A stretch of 55,294 bases of DNA, counting the filler, from Bipalium vagum (lineage: Eukaryota), in NCBI GenBank assembly GCA_037834085.1. It is 3 parts of 3 records of this genome, joined end to end, with 100 filler letters (N's around TTAATTAATTAA, not from the genome) between each part and the next. Parts side by side here need not be neighbours in the genome. Positions count along the whole stretch, not along the records: positions 22,370 to 39,607 come from JBBMKC010069862.1; 2 more parts are not named here. One strand, 5' to 3'. This document shows positions 24,216 through 36,959 of the stretch, piece by piece. Below the pieces are notes generated by a model. The model was not told the origin of the DNA, made no database searches, and was given only the letters and a program-made list of their open reading frames with translations. Made by a program: the position numbers and the translations under genes. How positions within the stretch are numbered: position 1 is the first letter of the stretch; each line of letters opens with the position of its first letter.

Positions 24216-26163
24216 TTGTACACAGTAGCAATCCTAAAGATGAAATATAAAAAATGTCATTTCATTAATTTAAAAAATAGTTGACAACATATTTATAATT
24301 CAGTAACACATTTTAATTCGACTTTTGATTTTATGTTATTAAACAGTTTTTTAAAATCTGGGATGTATGTACCACAACCTAATTTTTTACTGAAAAGCCA
24401 GTTAAGTACTTTCTTTATAACTGAACGCTTTAATTTTAAAAAATAAATAGTAAATAGTCATTCAAAATTTTTAAATTTATTGTTGAACTCCTGAAATTAT
24501 TATATTTAAATCTTTGTATGTTATATATTATATATCTTTCCTCTTCACTATTGGTTGGTTTTAACGATGACAGAGAAATAATCAGTTCAACAATAAAATT
24601 CTATTGAAATTAAAAAAACAATATGGATAAATGTCAAGTGTTCCAATAGATATCGAATACCATTATTCTCATTAACTGGATTAATTTATAACTTGCAACC
24701 AATGTCAAACAAGAACCCAAATTGATTCAAAAGTAAAAACAATTATATCAGAACATCAAATAAAATATAAAAACTAAAAATAAATCGATAATATAAACAA
24801 TGAAAATGAGTTGATAATTCAATTTGTATAAACACAAATTATAACAAAAATGAATTAATAAATTGAAATATAAAAAAGGATCACCACAAATTTATGAGAA
24901 TTATAATTTAAAAGAACATGTAAATCGATCACAAAAATGAATAATAAAGTAAAAAACCCTTACCAAGTTCTGAATTCACTAAACCATTGGGTCATCAGTT
25001 AGATTTGTCTAAAGACAACTGAACTCCACAGGGTCGATAGATTGTCCAACATTAAAAATAAATCGAAAATAAGCACTTAAGCAAAATTCTTTGGGCAAAT
25101 ATCTTCGGTAGTTCAACTTTTCAGTAATATCAACTTCTTCAAATGACTTTGTAACAATTTTATCGGGAAATCTCCATAATTTGTGATTTCTTTAATACCA
25201 AATTGTCAAGTCCTCAATATTTGAGTAATGGTATCTAAAATGGGAAACTTTTCCAAAAATAATCTTAAATTTGCCAGTGTCAGTACCTTTCTCATTATAA
25301 CCAGTACCACGTCAATAAAACTTTAAAATTCAAAATTTTATTATTAGTATTTAATTATTGTTATTTTTATAATCCCTTTATAATTAATAATTATTAATAG
25401 TATTTTACTATTATATTTATTATTATTACTGACCATCCTGTGGTTCTGCCTTGGGGCAACCCAACAATTAAAGTTATTATTAATAAATTTTTTGACAATT
25501 AAATAATAATTTAGGGCATTTTTCATTTCTTAAAAGTTTCTTCCAAGTTCAATGGAATATTTTGAAATTGCTAAAATCCTTTTTTCTGTATCTGTCAGAC
25601 ATAACATCTCATTTATTGCTGTAAAATCCTCAATATCAATTTTAATTTCCGAAAAATGAGTCCCAATAGAATAATTTTTATTTTAAAATACTAAAATATT
25701 ATTTAAACTATTTTTAATTGTAAAATCAATTTTTGTCTGACTTGTTATTTAATTTAAATATTCCATTATCAACGGTTATGGAAAATGATACACTTGTCCA
25801 TTATATTGAAAATTTTCTCAAAAACAAGCATTACTTTTCATTGTTATCATTTACATTTATTTATAAAATTAAAAAATATCAATAAATAATAAAATTTTGA
25901 CTGAAAAAAAAGAAACAAAAATCGTGTGTACTAACAGAGCTATGTATAATAATTGATTAAGCAGATTTATCTCACACAAAATATCTAAATAAATTTTTAC
26001 TATGATTTGAATTTAAGCATTCGGAAAATAAACTCAATTCTTTTTTACGCGGTAGATACGGACCAGAAAAAGTCGCACATAAAAAAACATATTTATATAC
26101 AAAATGATATATACGAATCACCGTCCTGGAAATTTAATCTAATGGATCTAGTAAGGCTCCTTA

Positions 26164-26340
26164 CTAAGGCATCTTAGTAAGGAGAAACGACTTCACCTTT
26201 TTCATATTTTGAAACGAATGTCTTTTTATAAAACCAGTTAGCCATCCTATGCTAGCCAAAAATAAGGATGTAGATGACTCTGATTCCCTTATCTGTTCGT
26301 AAAACCGTAGAGGTTCCTGTTTAATTAAATATCCATTTTT
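26164..26340 (-). mobile_element. Tigger/pogo transposase fragment
   Basis: FLASIGWLTGFIKRHSF matches the FxASxGWLxxFxxR motif of Tc5/CENP-B HTH. Confidence 0.65.
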
Positions 26341-27909
26341 ATCTAATATTAACATTTTTGATTTTGGAAATAATATATTACTGTGGTTTGAGTACAAGTA
26401 TATTATTACTTGTTACTTTTTTTTAAAAAACTTTATTTATAAAATTATTTTAAAAAAGCAACATTTATTTTATGAAACACTTTATGATCATCTTCATCGG
26501 ATTTTTTTATGTGTTCAATTCGTTTAAGATCTTCCTTGGCATCTTCTTTTGGTTTCTTCTTTCCAAAGGTTTCGCCAGCTCTTCTTCATCAGTCATCGGT
26601 AATAGATTGAAAAGGATTAAAAAGAAAATAAAGAAATTTACCTGGTTTTCTTCGCCAATCTTCAGCTGTGCATAGAAACCTTATAAAAGAAATTCAACGT
26701 CTTAACTGCGTATAGGAAGAACTTTATAAAACTTCCTTAATCCATTACTTATTAGATGTTTCGAAATTACCCTATATCCTAAGTCATAAATGCAAACAAT
26801 ATCACAGTTAAAAAGAAATAAAATCTAGTCTTTGTTATTTTATCGAAACATACTAATAGATGTTTTTATATGTATTAAGGTCTTATAAATAGTCCTTCCA
26901 GGAAAATCATAAAAATTATATATAAAATCACCACCATAAAAAGATTTTAAGTAAAAGTAAAATAAGAAAATTTCCATCTCACTGCTCTAATCTGAAATTA
27001 ATGCTCCTGCCTTGAGCCTTGCAGTCTGGCAAATTCAGAGTATTTTTGTGTATATAGCGAATGAGTCAGAATATAATTCCTTGATTCTTTCATTGAGAAT
27101 TACTTATTGGCCCATGAACCATAGGTGTCAAACTACTGTAGGTCATTAAAAAATCCCCTGTATAATCCTATCCTGAACCGCAGATAAAATTACGGTTTAA
27201 TATATATGTTTTTGATTTTGGAAGTAATATATTACTGTGATTTGAGCCCAGGCATATTATTGCTTGTTATTCTTCTTTCATAAAACTTTAATTCATTTCT
27301 CAGATCTACTTTTCTTGATTGATTTTAACGTTGAATTGATAGATTTCTATTATGGTTAATGAAAAAACCAGTTTATTCACCTAGTTGGACAGATATTGGT
27401 TTCGTAATTTGAGAAGTCCAATTTAACACGACACAAAAACTTGAGTCTGCAAAAATTCACACGAAACAATAACTCAATGCAAATAAACACGAGAACTGGA
27501 TCAGTTAAAACAAGACATAGGGCAAATATTTGACATTACTGGTGATAAAAGAAAATACATAAATGAAAGATACTAAAGCACATTTACTTCACAGATGTAT
27601 AGTATAAAACTGAAATAAATACTAGTGTCTGTTTAATCGCTTCTATTTTATCAACTTCAAAAATTGTTTCCTTTTTTCATCACATATCTTAATACTCTTT
27701 AAAAAGTATTTTATTTGCATTATTTAATTTTTTTATTTCTAGAATCTCTAAGAAATTCAGTTACATTAAATGTATATTTTACTTATATTTTAAATTTTAT
27801 TATTTAAATAATTTATTTTGTCCAATCAAAATTGAATAAATTCAATTTATTTAGTATAATTACTTTATTTATCTTTAATTTGACTATTGTTATAAAAATT
27901 CATTTGATA

Positions 27910-28461
27910 ATGTCTGACAACGATAATTATTGTTATTCATTAAAAGAAAAGCTGCTTGCAATTAAAATGTTGGAAAGTGGACAACATATACAAGATGTGG
28001 CCAAAAAGTATAAAACCTCTGTAAAAAGAATATTTAATTGGTCCAATAATAAAAGAATTATGAAAGATAAACTGAGACAAATAGAAAATAATGAAAAGAA
28101 AGTAAAAATAAATTATAATAGAAAAAGTCTGGGGACCAAAAGTAAAGCCATTGAAATGTATGAAAATGGCAAATCAATCAAGCATATAGCTAAAGAGCTT
28201 GAAACCTCTCAAGTTTCAATATATTCTTGGATTAAAAAGAAAGATGACATTAAAAACAAAAACAAGTTCAATCAAAAAACTTCTACCATGCAAAACACTC
28301 TTACAAATGCTAAAAAGACTTTCTATGAAAAGCTTTATTTAAAAGAATATGAACATGTAAAAAATATATACATTAATATTTCTCAAAAGACAGACCAAAG
28401 TGAGTACATGAATGAGATAAGCGAAAGATATAATTATCTAAAAAATCTGACTCTATTGTGA
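27910..28461 (+). CDS. Intronless 183-aa protein with two tandem psq/CENP-B N-terminal-type helix-turn-helix domains
   Basis: ATG at 27910 within the 209-aa track ORF. Repeats YSLKEKLLAIKMLESGQHIQDVAKKYKTSVKRIFNW and KSLGTKSKAIEMYENGKSIKHIAKELETSQVSIYSWIKKK match the pogo/CENP-B N-terminal HTH pattern. No DDE domain follows. Confidence 0.6.
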   Translation: MSDNDNYCYSLKEKLLAIKMLESGQHIQDVAKKYKTSVKRIFNWSNNKRIMKDKLRQIENNEKKVKINYNRKSLGTKSKAIEMYENGKSIKHIAKELETSQVSIYSWIKKKDDIKNKNKFNQKTSTMQNTLTNAKKTFYEKLYLKEYEHVKNIYINISQKTDQSEYMNEISERYNYLKNLTLL

Positions 28462-28699
28462 TGACTCTTAAAACATGCTATTTATATAAAATTAGTGAAT
28501 AATTTTTGAACTTTGCTAAAATGAACTTAAATCATAATTTTAAATTTTAATTCGTTTTTATTATTATTTAAAATTTAATTTATAATATTTGCAAAATATA
28601 ATTACATTAATCACAAAGCTCGTAAAAAAGTTTATAAGAAATTATTTCAAATTAATTTTTAAATTACTTTTTAAAATAAGAAATAAAAATAATTATTTC

Positions 28700-30480
28700 A
28701 TTTCATATTTTCAAAAAAAAAGATTTTTAAGGAATCTCTTAAAATTCTTTTACTTTTAAAAGTAATAAAAAACTATGAAAACATTATTTCAAACCAATTA
28801 AACTTTATCTATAAAAACCAATCTTTTTTGAAAACTATTCAATCAAAATACCAAATAAAATTTTAAAGATTTTAAATAAAAAACACATTCAATACTGTAG
28901 ACCCAAAGTTTGATCAAAATAAACATAAAAATAAATTTTGATAATGATAACTAAGTAATCCAAATTACACAAAAACAAAAGAAAACTGATTCAAGCAACT
29001 ATAACAAACCTATTAAAACCCAATTTATATTTTTCTTAATTATAAAAATTACCTTAAAAAAATCTCGTAAAAATTAAGAAAAAAGGAAAGAAAGTAAAAG
29101 CAAAGTAAATATAAAGTAAAAAAAGGACCAATAAACCAAAAACCAATAAACTCTTAGTAATTTTCCTTATACTAGTAAAACAAAAACAATAAACACTTTA
29201 TCGATACTAAAAAAAGAATCATTAAAAAACATACTGTAAAATCCCGAGTATAAGCTGCAGCGCGTATTAGCTGCAGATAACATTTTATAAAAATGTTGCT
29301 TTTATGTACGTATTAGCTGCAGATAACATTTTATAAAAATGTTGCTTTTATGTACGTATTAGCTGCAGCTTATACTCGGGATTTTACAGTACATTAAAAA
29401 CATTTACAATTTGTTCCAAAAATAAATTTTCAAATTGAAAAACTAATTATAATAAAATAAAACTTTGTTAACCAAAAAATAAGCTGAAACTGAACTAAAA
29501 AATTTAAGTAAAATCTTATGACAAAATTAACTTTTCTGTTAAAGTCAAACAAAAATATAAGCTAACCTCTAAGATAAAAATTATTTTATTTCATCAAACA
29601 AATTATACTACAAAACAGTTTATGTTTTGTAATATAATCCTAATAAAGTCACACTGAGCTTCTTCTCTATGAAAAGAAATTTGACTATTACTTTTTTTCT
29701 AAATACAGCAATTGTTTCTGGTTCTTCAATTAAAAAAAGCACTCTATAAAAAAACAAAACTCCAATTAACAAAACTTGAAATCCTTTTTCAAAACAAAAT
29801 CTCAAAACTGAGTCTAGGAAGTATATTTTGTAGCTCTCTCAGCACAATCTATTATTTGTTCCAAGTCAAAAAAACAAAACAAAATTTTTTACCTAGACTA
29901 TTTTGTGTTTTTTCGGAACATATTTAGGGGTTTTTATATGTGTTGAATTCAGAAAAAATATAAATGAAACTTTAAAAACCTATATAATCTGTCAAATAAC
30001 ACCACACTTCTTTAAGCCATATAACTGTTATCTACATTTCAATAAGTACACAAAAAAGAAGAGAAAAAAACCTAGCACTGCTTTATCAAATAATGCTTTA
30101 TCATCAAATCAATTGAGAGTTACTTTTTTGATAATCTTTGTTCTCCACCTATGAGCCCTGGGTTTCAAACTATTTCAGACAAACAAAATGTAATTCTATC
30201 CTAAACCTTGAATAGAATGACGGTTTTATAAATTTATGTTAATAATAATATTATAAAAGAATAAAATGTGAATAAATAATAAAAAGAGAATAATAAAATT
30301 AAAATAAAAGGTAAAGCAAAAGAAAAATAATAAGGATAAACTAATAAAGTACATTATTTATTTTAAAAGTAATAAGACTTTTATAAAATAAGATTTAACT
30401 ACACGCTGGGAGATAAACAAACATATCATAAAAAATGAAAATAACCTTTTTTCATGAAAATTATTGAAAAAATTAAATGA
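28700..30480 (-). pseudogene. Probable decayed nuclear mitochondrial insertion (nad2-like and upstream region)
   Basis: Strong strand skew (minus strand T/G-rich). Hydrophobic F/L/I/V-rich stretches, FGLLSYHYQNLFLCLF(TGA=W)SNFGS, and IP..SFFLKI resembling an ND2 motif. Inference only. Confidence 0.45.
29234..29389. mobile_element. 156-bp Tc2/pogo-like MITE
   Basis: Perfect 28-bp TIRs (CTGTAAAATCCCGAGTATAAGCTGCAGC), TA on both sides, and an internal exact 46-bp tandem repeat (29263, 29309, partial at 29355). Confidence 0.92.
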
Positions 30481-31053
30481 CTTGATTAGTTGAGTTGCTT
30501 TTATTTTATTTGATTTTTTATTGTTTTGACAAAAAAATCTTATAAGTTTTGAGTTAAACTCTAATAAAATAAAACAGATAACAAATGAACTGATAAGACT
30601 CTTTTTACACTTTATATGTGTTTAATAAAATTTTCTTACAACTTAATCAAAATGAAAATTTTCTAATAATAATAAGTAAAAATAATAAATCGGGTGACCA
30701 GTTCACCAGACCGTAAATGTCGGCAAAGAAACTGGAAGTTTTTATTAAATAAAAGCAGAAACAGAGAATTCATTTCTTGCGTAATTAAATTATTTAAAAT
30801 TTGTGAATTCAGTTACACTATTGTTTTATTGATTTCAATTTACTAGTTTACTTTTTTCAGATTTTTAAAACTGTTTTATGCTTTTTCTTTAACTTATGAA
30901 CTAATCTTTTTTGAAAAGACGAAATTCTGGTCTTCAATAAATTTTTAAAAACCTATTTATTCCTTTTAATGTCCATATTTTAGAAGTTATTTAGTTGTAT
31001 TATTATTTCAATGACGTCATTTCTTTATATTTTGTATTTTGTCGTTATTTATA

Positions 31054-32335
31054 CGGGGTCTTCCAAATGAAGCTTTACTACTTTAAGTTGCTATTTTTCA
31101 GTACATAAAAATTAAAAAGCCAAGTGATTTTATTTATACCTTTATTTAAAGTCATATTACAAAAATTTATATTTTAAATATGATGTCATCAAAATGACCG
31201 CCTCTGGCAGCCTTACAAGTTTGGGCTATTTTTATGGAATTTTGTATAACTTTTTGGCATAAGTCAATTGAGATCATAGCGATTTGTTCCGAAATGTTGT
31301 CATTGAGCTGTGTAATAGTTTTTGGTAGATTAATATAAACTTTATCTTTTAGATATCCCCATAAGAAATAGTCCGGAGCCGTCAAATCGGGTGATCTGGG
31401 AGGCCAATCAACATCACCGAAACGTGAGATCACGTCAGATGAAAATGTTTCGTGTAATAATACAGTTGTTTTCCAATTTATATGGGATGTGGCACCATCT
31501 TGGTGAAAGTAAATATTCTCCACATTAAAATCATTCAGATAAGGCTTAAGGAATGTTTCTATTATGTGTCGATATCTCTCCCTTTACTGTAAGTGTTTTA
31601 CCTGCAGTATTTTCTAAAAAGTATGGACCAATTACACCTCTCTCCCATATTCCACACCATACAGCAACTTTTGGCTTAGTAATGATTCTTCTTTCAAAAC
31701 ATAGGGTTGCTTTGTTGCTCAAATTCGACAATTTTGTTTATTAAAAACATCTTCACTCAGGTGAAAATGACTTTCATCAGTCATAATGATTTTTTTCCAA
31801 AAATGAGGATCCGCAATTAATCTTTCTAACAACCAATTACAATAATTCAGGCGACTTTGATGGTCTGATTCTTAAGGTTTTTGAATTACGGTAAGCTTCA
31901 CATGCAAATCTTCATGCATTATACACTGAATTTTGAGAGGTTTAATTCCTGTGCTCTATGACTGATTGAGGTGCGTTTAATGTTTTCAATACTTTCTCAT
32001 ATACCTGCAATATTTTCAGGTACACCTACAGATCAAGGTCGTAGAGATTTTGGTCTATCTGTTACCGAGCCAAAGGCTGCAAAAGCATTAACCAGACTGT
32101 AAATGGACATTTGTTTTTCCAAAATTTTGCATTTAATTTTTTAACGGTTACTGAAATTGAACTACCGCTTTGATAAAATATTTTGACAATTTTTGCCCGC
32201 TGTTGCATATTATAACGATCCATATTTAATTTTCAAAAGTTTAGTTAGAATAATTTTAAATATTAATTTATTTAAACAAAAACTACTTCGTATTTAATAC
32301 GTTAAAAGTATTAAATCTTCTTTAGGAATACCCTG
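31054..32335 (-). mobile_element. Full-length decayed rosa (DD41D)-like Tc1/mariner element
   Basis: Imperfect TIRs of about 30 bp (CGGGGTCTTCC.../...GGAATACCCTG). Motifs IIMTDESHFHL, VWCGI..GVIGPYF, FHQDGATSH, WPPRSPDLTAPDYFLWGYLK. Confidence 0.92.
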
Positions 32336-33394
32336 TTTATATTTAAAATGTTTTAATTTTTTATACTTTTATGTTTACATTTATTCCAGGTCTTAAGTAA
32401 TTCCATGGATACTGGATAATTATTAATAAAAAATAAATGTAATATTAAAATAAAAAAATATTATTTTAATAAAAAAAATATTTAGATAATTATTAAATAA
32501 AAAATTGAAAATAAAAATGAATTCTAAGAATGTCGAATTTTTAAAATAAATTTCAATCAATTTATCAATTAAACGTGGCATAATGTGATGCGATTGCAAC
32601 TCGCTTTCGTGCTCAAGCCTTTTCTACTTTTATCTCAAATTTTGTAGAAGTCATTTTAATCACACGATTTGAAAAATTATTTTTTGAAAAATAAAAACTT
32701 ACAGTCAATATTTCAATATTTAATTAATTTAGTAATCAAATTGGATTGAAATTGAAGGCCACCTGTTGATGAAGCAGTAGTGGGTATTGAAAACAGATTC
32801 ATTTGGCGATTAACAAGGACTTACAAATTCTTTTTATTGTGTAGAATGCTGTTTTAGTTGAAATCGAAGAAGAACGAAGTACCCTTTATATTTATTTAAA
32901 ATATATTTAGTGAGATAACGAAATATAATTGTTAATTGAAATATAAATCCATTTGTTTGAATAATATCTAATTAATAGGGTAATCATTTAAATTTTCATA
33001 ACATGTTAATAATTTCAAAATTTTTAGATCTAAATATGTCAATATTTACGACAAGCAAAGAATAATTTTGGGACGTTCTCACTCATTAATTCATGATGAA
33101 TAAAACTGCTACAGAAACCTGCTGGATCTTTATGTTTATAAAAATGGGTGTTTGTGTATCTGAGGACACATGAGAGCATTAGTTTCACCGCTTTAGAAGT
33201 AATGATTTCAATGTAATGATTTCAAGGAAAAAAAGAACTTTTAAAGGTGTTTTTTTAATTAGGAAAAATATTCTTTTTTTATAAATGTAATGAATTTTTA
33301 TGACAATAGTCAAATTAAAGATAAATAAATTGAATTTTTTAATTTTGATTAGCAAAATTCTTAATATCGGGGAAACACAATACGGGACTTGATG

Positions 33395-34320
33395 TTAATG
33401 CTCCTTCAACGCTTCTTCCATCTCATGTGTCCATATTAATTTGTTGACCATGAAAACATCCTCGTACTCTTTTATTATCTGCACCAGCCGCTTGTTGCTT
33501 GTCACTCCTGTTACCTCTACTGCTCTTTTAAAACGATCCGCTTCCTTAATTTCATTACCAAACTTCCCTTTAATATTACACATATATGATTCTTCTCTTT
33601 CCTTTCCCTCAGTTTTAATCTGCCCGGAATTCTCTTTAACCATCCTAAATTCGAATACCTTCTGGAGATTAAATCCGGTGTGACTTCCTCTACTACTGTG
33701 GTAAAGTTCACCAGTTTTTACTCATTTGCTACTCTCACCGAAATTGAGCATTTTCCTACTATTTCCAATTGGCTATTGTTTGCACACCTTAATCTATCAT
33801 TATTACTTCCATGCCTTAAAACTTATTCAAAATTTTAATATTCATCACACTGACTTCAGCTTCCGTATCTAATAAGCATTCGAATCTTTGTACTTGAATT
33901 TCTACCTTTATACTTGGTTTTCCGTTCATCACTTTTTCTGTTATAAAGAAATCCCCTCCTTCAATCACAGCTCCCACATCTTCATCATTCTCCGCATCAC
34001 TAAAGTCTTTCTTCATGAATTTCCACACTTTTGCCCACTCTTCTTTTTGCCCCGGGCGCTCCTTGGGAATCATCGCTGACGACGTTTAATATAAGGCTCC
34101 TACTAACTCCCCAACTAGCGAAGCCCTGTCTTTTGGGTACTGACTTTGCTTTTCTTCGTATTCGACCAGTCTATTACCGCCAACTTCTTCTTCTAATGCA
34201 TTTAAATTATTCCTCCTATAAACTTTCTCTGGACCTCTGCTTGAAAACGCCTACCATCGTGAAGGTTTGTATAACATTCCCTTTTACTATGTCCGTTCCT
34301 GTTGCACAGCCTACCCTTTA
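33395..34320 (-). mobile_element. Second Ty3/Gypsy gag-pol relic (zinc knuckle, protease, deleted RT)
   Basis: LCNRNGHSKREC knuckle, FECLLDTEA protease motif, then IIKEYEDVF linker and WTHEMEEAL. Related to the 22.4-23.9 kb copy. Confidence 0.8.
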
Positions 34321-36959
34321 ATTAACCAACATTTATTTAAAATACTTATTTAAAAATTTAAAAAACGTAACATTATAATTTTAAAAACTTTAAATTAAAA
34401 CATTTAATATTTGTTAATCGTGACGTGAGGTCCTTATTTAAAAAAATTCAAACAAACTAATTCTTCGAATCACTACTTATAGATTACATTGACTATTTAA
34501 AAAAGGATGAGACATCAAATTTTGTTTCAAAATCTTGTAATCACCTGATATTCGCCAAAGCTCAAAGTATTATCTTATTAGGTAATCAAATTTCTTAATT
34601 TAAATGTCATTCGATTTTTAACATCAGATTGAATAAATAATTAATAATAAATTAATTAGTCTCACACTACTTGTAGATGGTTTGATTTAAGAAAAACTAT
34701 GTAATGACTTACAGTAATATTAGATAAAAATTTTTTCTCTTTTTGGTTAATTTATTATTTAAATTAAATAAGTGCTAGTAATTTTTAAATACAAATACTA
34801 AAATCCAATAATAATGACATTTTGTTCCTGATACTTCTTGTAGGTTAATCCCTTTCTGTGTTAAGTTGCCTAATTGTCTCAAGCCCTAAGCGGCTTTAGA
34901 AACACTTAATATTTTGGTAATTATTTCTTAATTTTTATCTGTTTTAATTTTAATTTTATATATTTGAAAATTTTAGAAATTAGATACATTTATTTTATAA
35001 ATAAATTTGTCTACACAAACATAAATATTCATATTCAAAAGTTAAGATTTTGATGAAACTCTTGTTAAAGCTTTAATAAGAATTGTCTGGAGCAATGGAT
35101 CTGTAACCAAAGATCGTATATCATCGCTAAGAGATTCAAAATAATGATTTCTGTAGGCTTTTTTGATTTGCGTAATTGATTCCTTAAAATAAATAAAGCA
35201 AATATAAAAATTTATTTATCGATTTTCTTCATAAAAACATTATTTATCATTAAAGAATATAACTTAATAAAATTCATTCAAATTGTCGTAATAGGATTAA
35301 ACGGATTTTGAAGAAAAATAAAATACCGATAATTTTAATTAAAAGTAAAAAAATCGAAATTAATCATTCTCAACATTTATTCGTGGAAAGTAATTATTGA
35401 AATAATTTAATATACTTAAAAAAAGATAAAGTTGTTTTATAAATATTTTTTTTTCAAAATGATTCTTATAAATTAAAATTTAAAAAAACGAACTATACTA
35501 ATAAATTATTTAATGATAAAATTAAAATAAAAATCCATGGTAGTAGTTTTTCCGTGTTACTTCAAAAAAAAAATTATTATCATGAACGCGCGGAAACCTA
35601 AGCTCATAGTAAACATTAAAGAATCCTCACAAGACTGAATATAAATCCAAGGAGTACTTCAATTTAGTTCAGGGGGAACAAATTATTAATTAAACATTGG
35701 ATATTAATCAAGCAGCTCAAAATGGTAAATTTTAAATAGCAACCTGTACCACAAGACAGCTTGTGTAGATTATAAATGATTTTCTTTTTATAAAAATGAT
35801 GGTATATTATAAATTATCAAATTTGGGTTTAAAAATAAACTGATATAATTAAATGTTTAAAAATTGACTTAAATTAGTAATACAAAAATAAATAGAATTA
35901 AAAAAAAGAAATTTTTCAATAAATAAATAAATAAATAAATTTTTTAATTTCCTTTTAAACTAATTCCCAAAAATGAGAAGTTTTATAAGGATTATTAATG
36001 AATGTAGAATATAATTCTTCTTGGAATGTAGACCTTTTTTTATTATTTTTAAAAAAAGATATTAAAAAGGTTTTTTTGAAAAATTTAAATGAGCTATTAT
36101 CAAACTCTGAGAAATTTTAAATTTAAAATCAAAAATTAATTATGTAATAACATAAAATTGCAATAAAATAACCGTAAGAAATTATATAAATAATTAAAAA
36201 ATTTAAAAGAATTGAAAATATTATTTTATATAAATTTTTAATCGAAAATTAATTTTTGGAAAATATGTCAAGATTTTGATAAAATATATTTTTTAACATT
36301 ATGTAAAAAATTTATTATATATTTTAAATAGAAAAAAATATAAAAAAATGAATTTCATCATAGAAAATATATTTTTTAGTTCAATTTATTAAGTATAACA
36401 TTAAAATAAAAAAAATTTAAGATTTTAATCAGAAATATAATTTTACGAAAATTTAGAAAAGATTTTAATTAATTAAGAAAAAATATTATTCAGGAAGTGT
36501 TTATAAAAATGAGAAATATTAATTTATTAATAAAAATGTCAACAAAGTAATGAATGGTTTAATTAATATTTTAATAAAATGAAATTATCATTTATTAATT
36601 ATAATTGCAATGTTTATGGAAATTTTTAAAAAGATAAATAAGGAAATAAAAATATTAACGGAATACTTTTGAATTTATAAAAAAGAAATTTTGAAAACAG
36701 TAAAAATGAAACCATTGAATTTTTAGTATGGAAAATTTTTTTTTATAAGAACTATACATCAATATAAGATGAAAGAACAAAATAAATTCTTATTTTCCTA
36801 AATATGAAATTTATATTTGCGTAATATTAGATCCACACCGGGTTTGTGATGGGTTTGTTTATTAATAATGTTGTTTCTGGATACCTACCTCAAGATAAAA
36901 AATATCTTCAAATATTTGTCAACTTAAATATAATAAAAAGGATCAGACTTTTTTTCATA

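Noticed and set aside
24970-25000. CTGATGA hammerhead-like core on the minus strand
   Set aside because: No GAAA core segment at the right spacing.
26565-26600. Hammerhead-like CTGATGA...GAAAC on the minus strand
   Set aside because: The intervening 12 nt cannot form stem II, and no stem III or cleavage triplet is evident.
29263-29368. Repeat array resembling CRISPR
   Set aside because: Units are identical tandem copies without unique spacers, lie inside a MITE, and there are no cas genes; the context is eukaryotic.
30150-30230. Possible mitochondrial tRNA within the putative NUMT
   Set aside because: I could not fold a convincing cloverleaf by eye.
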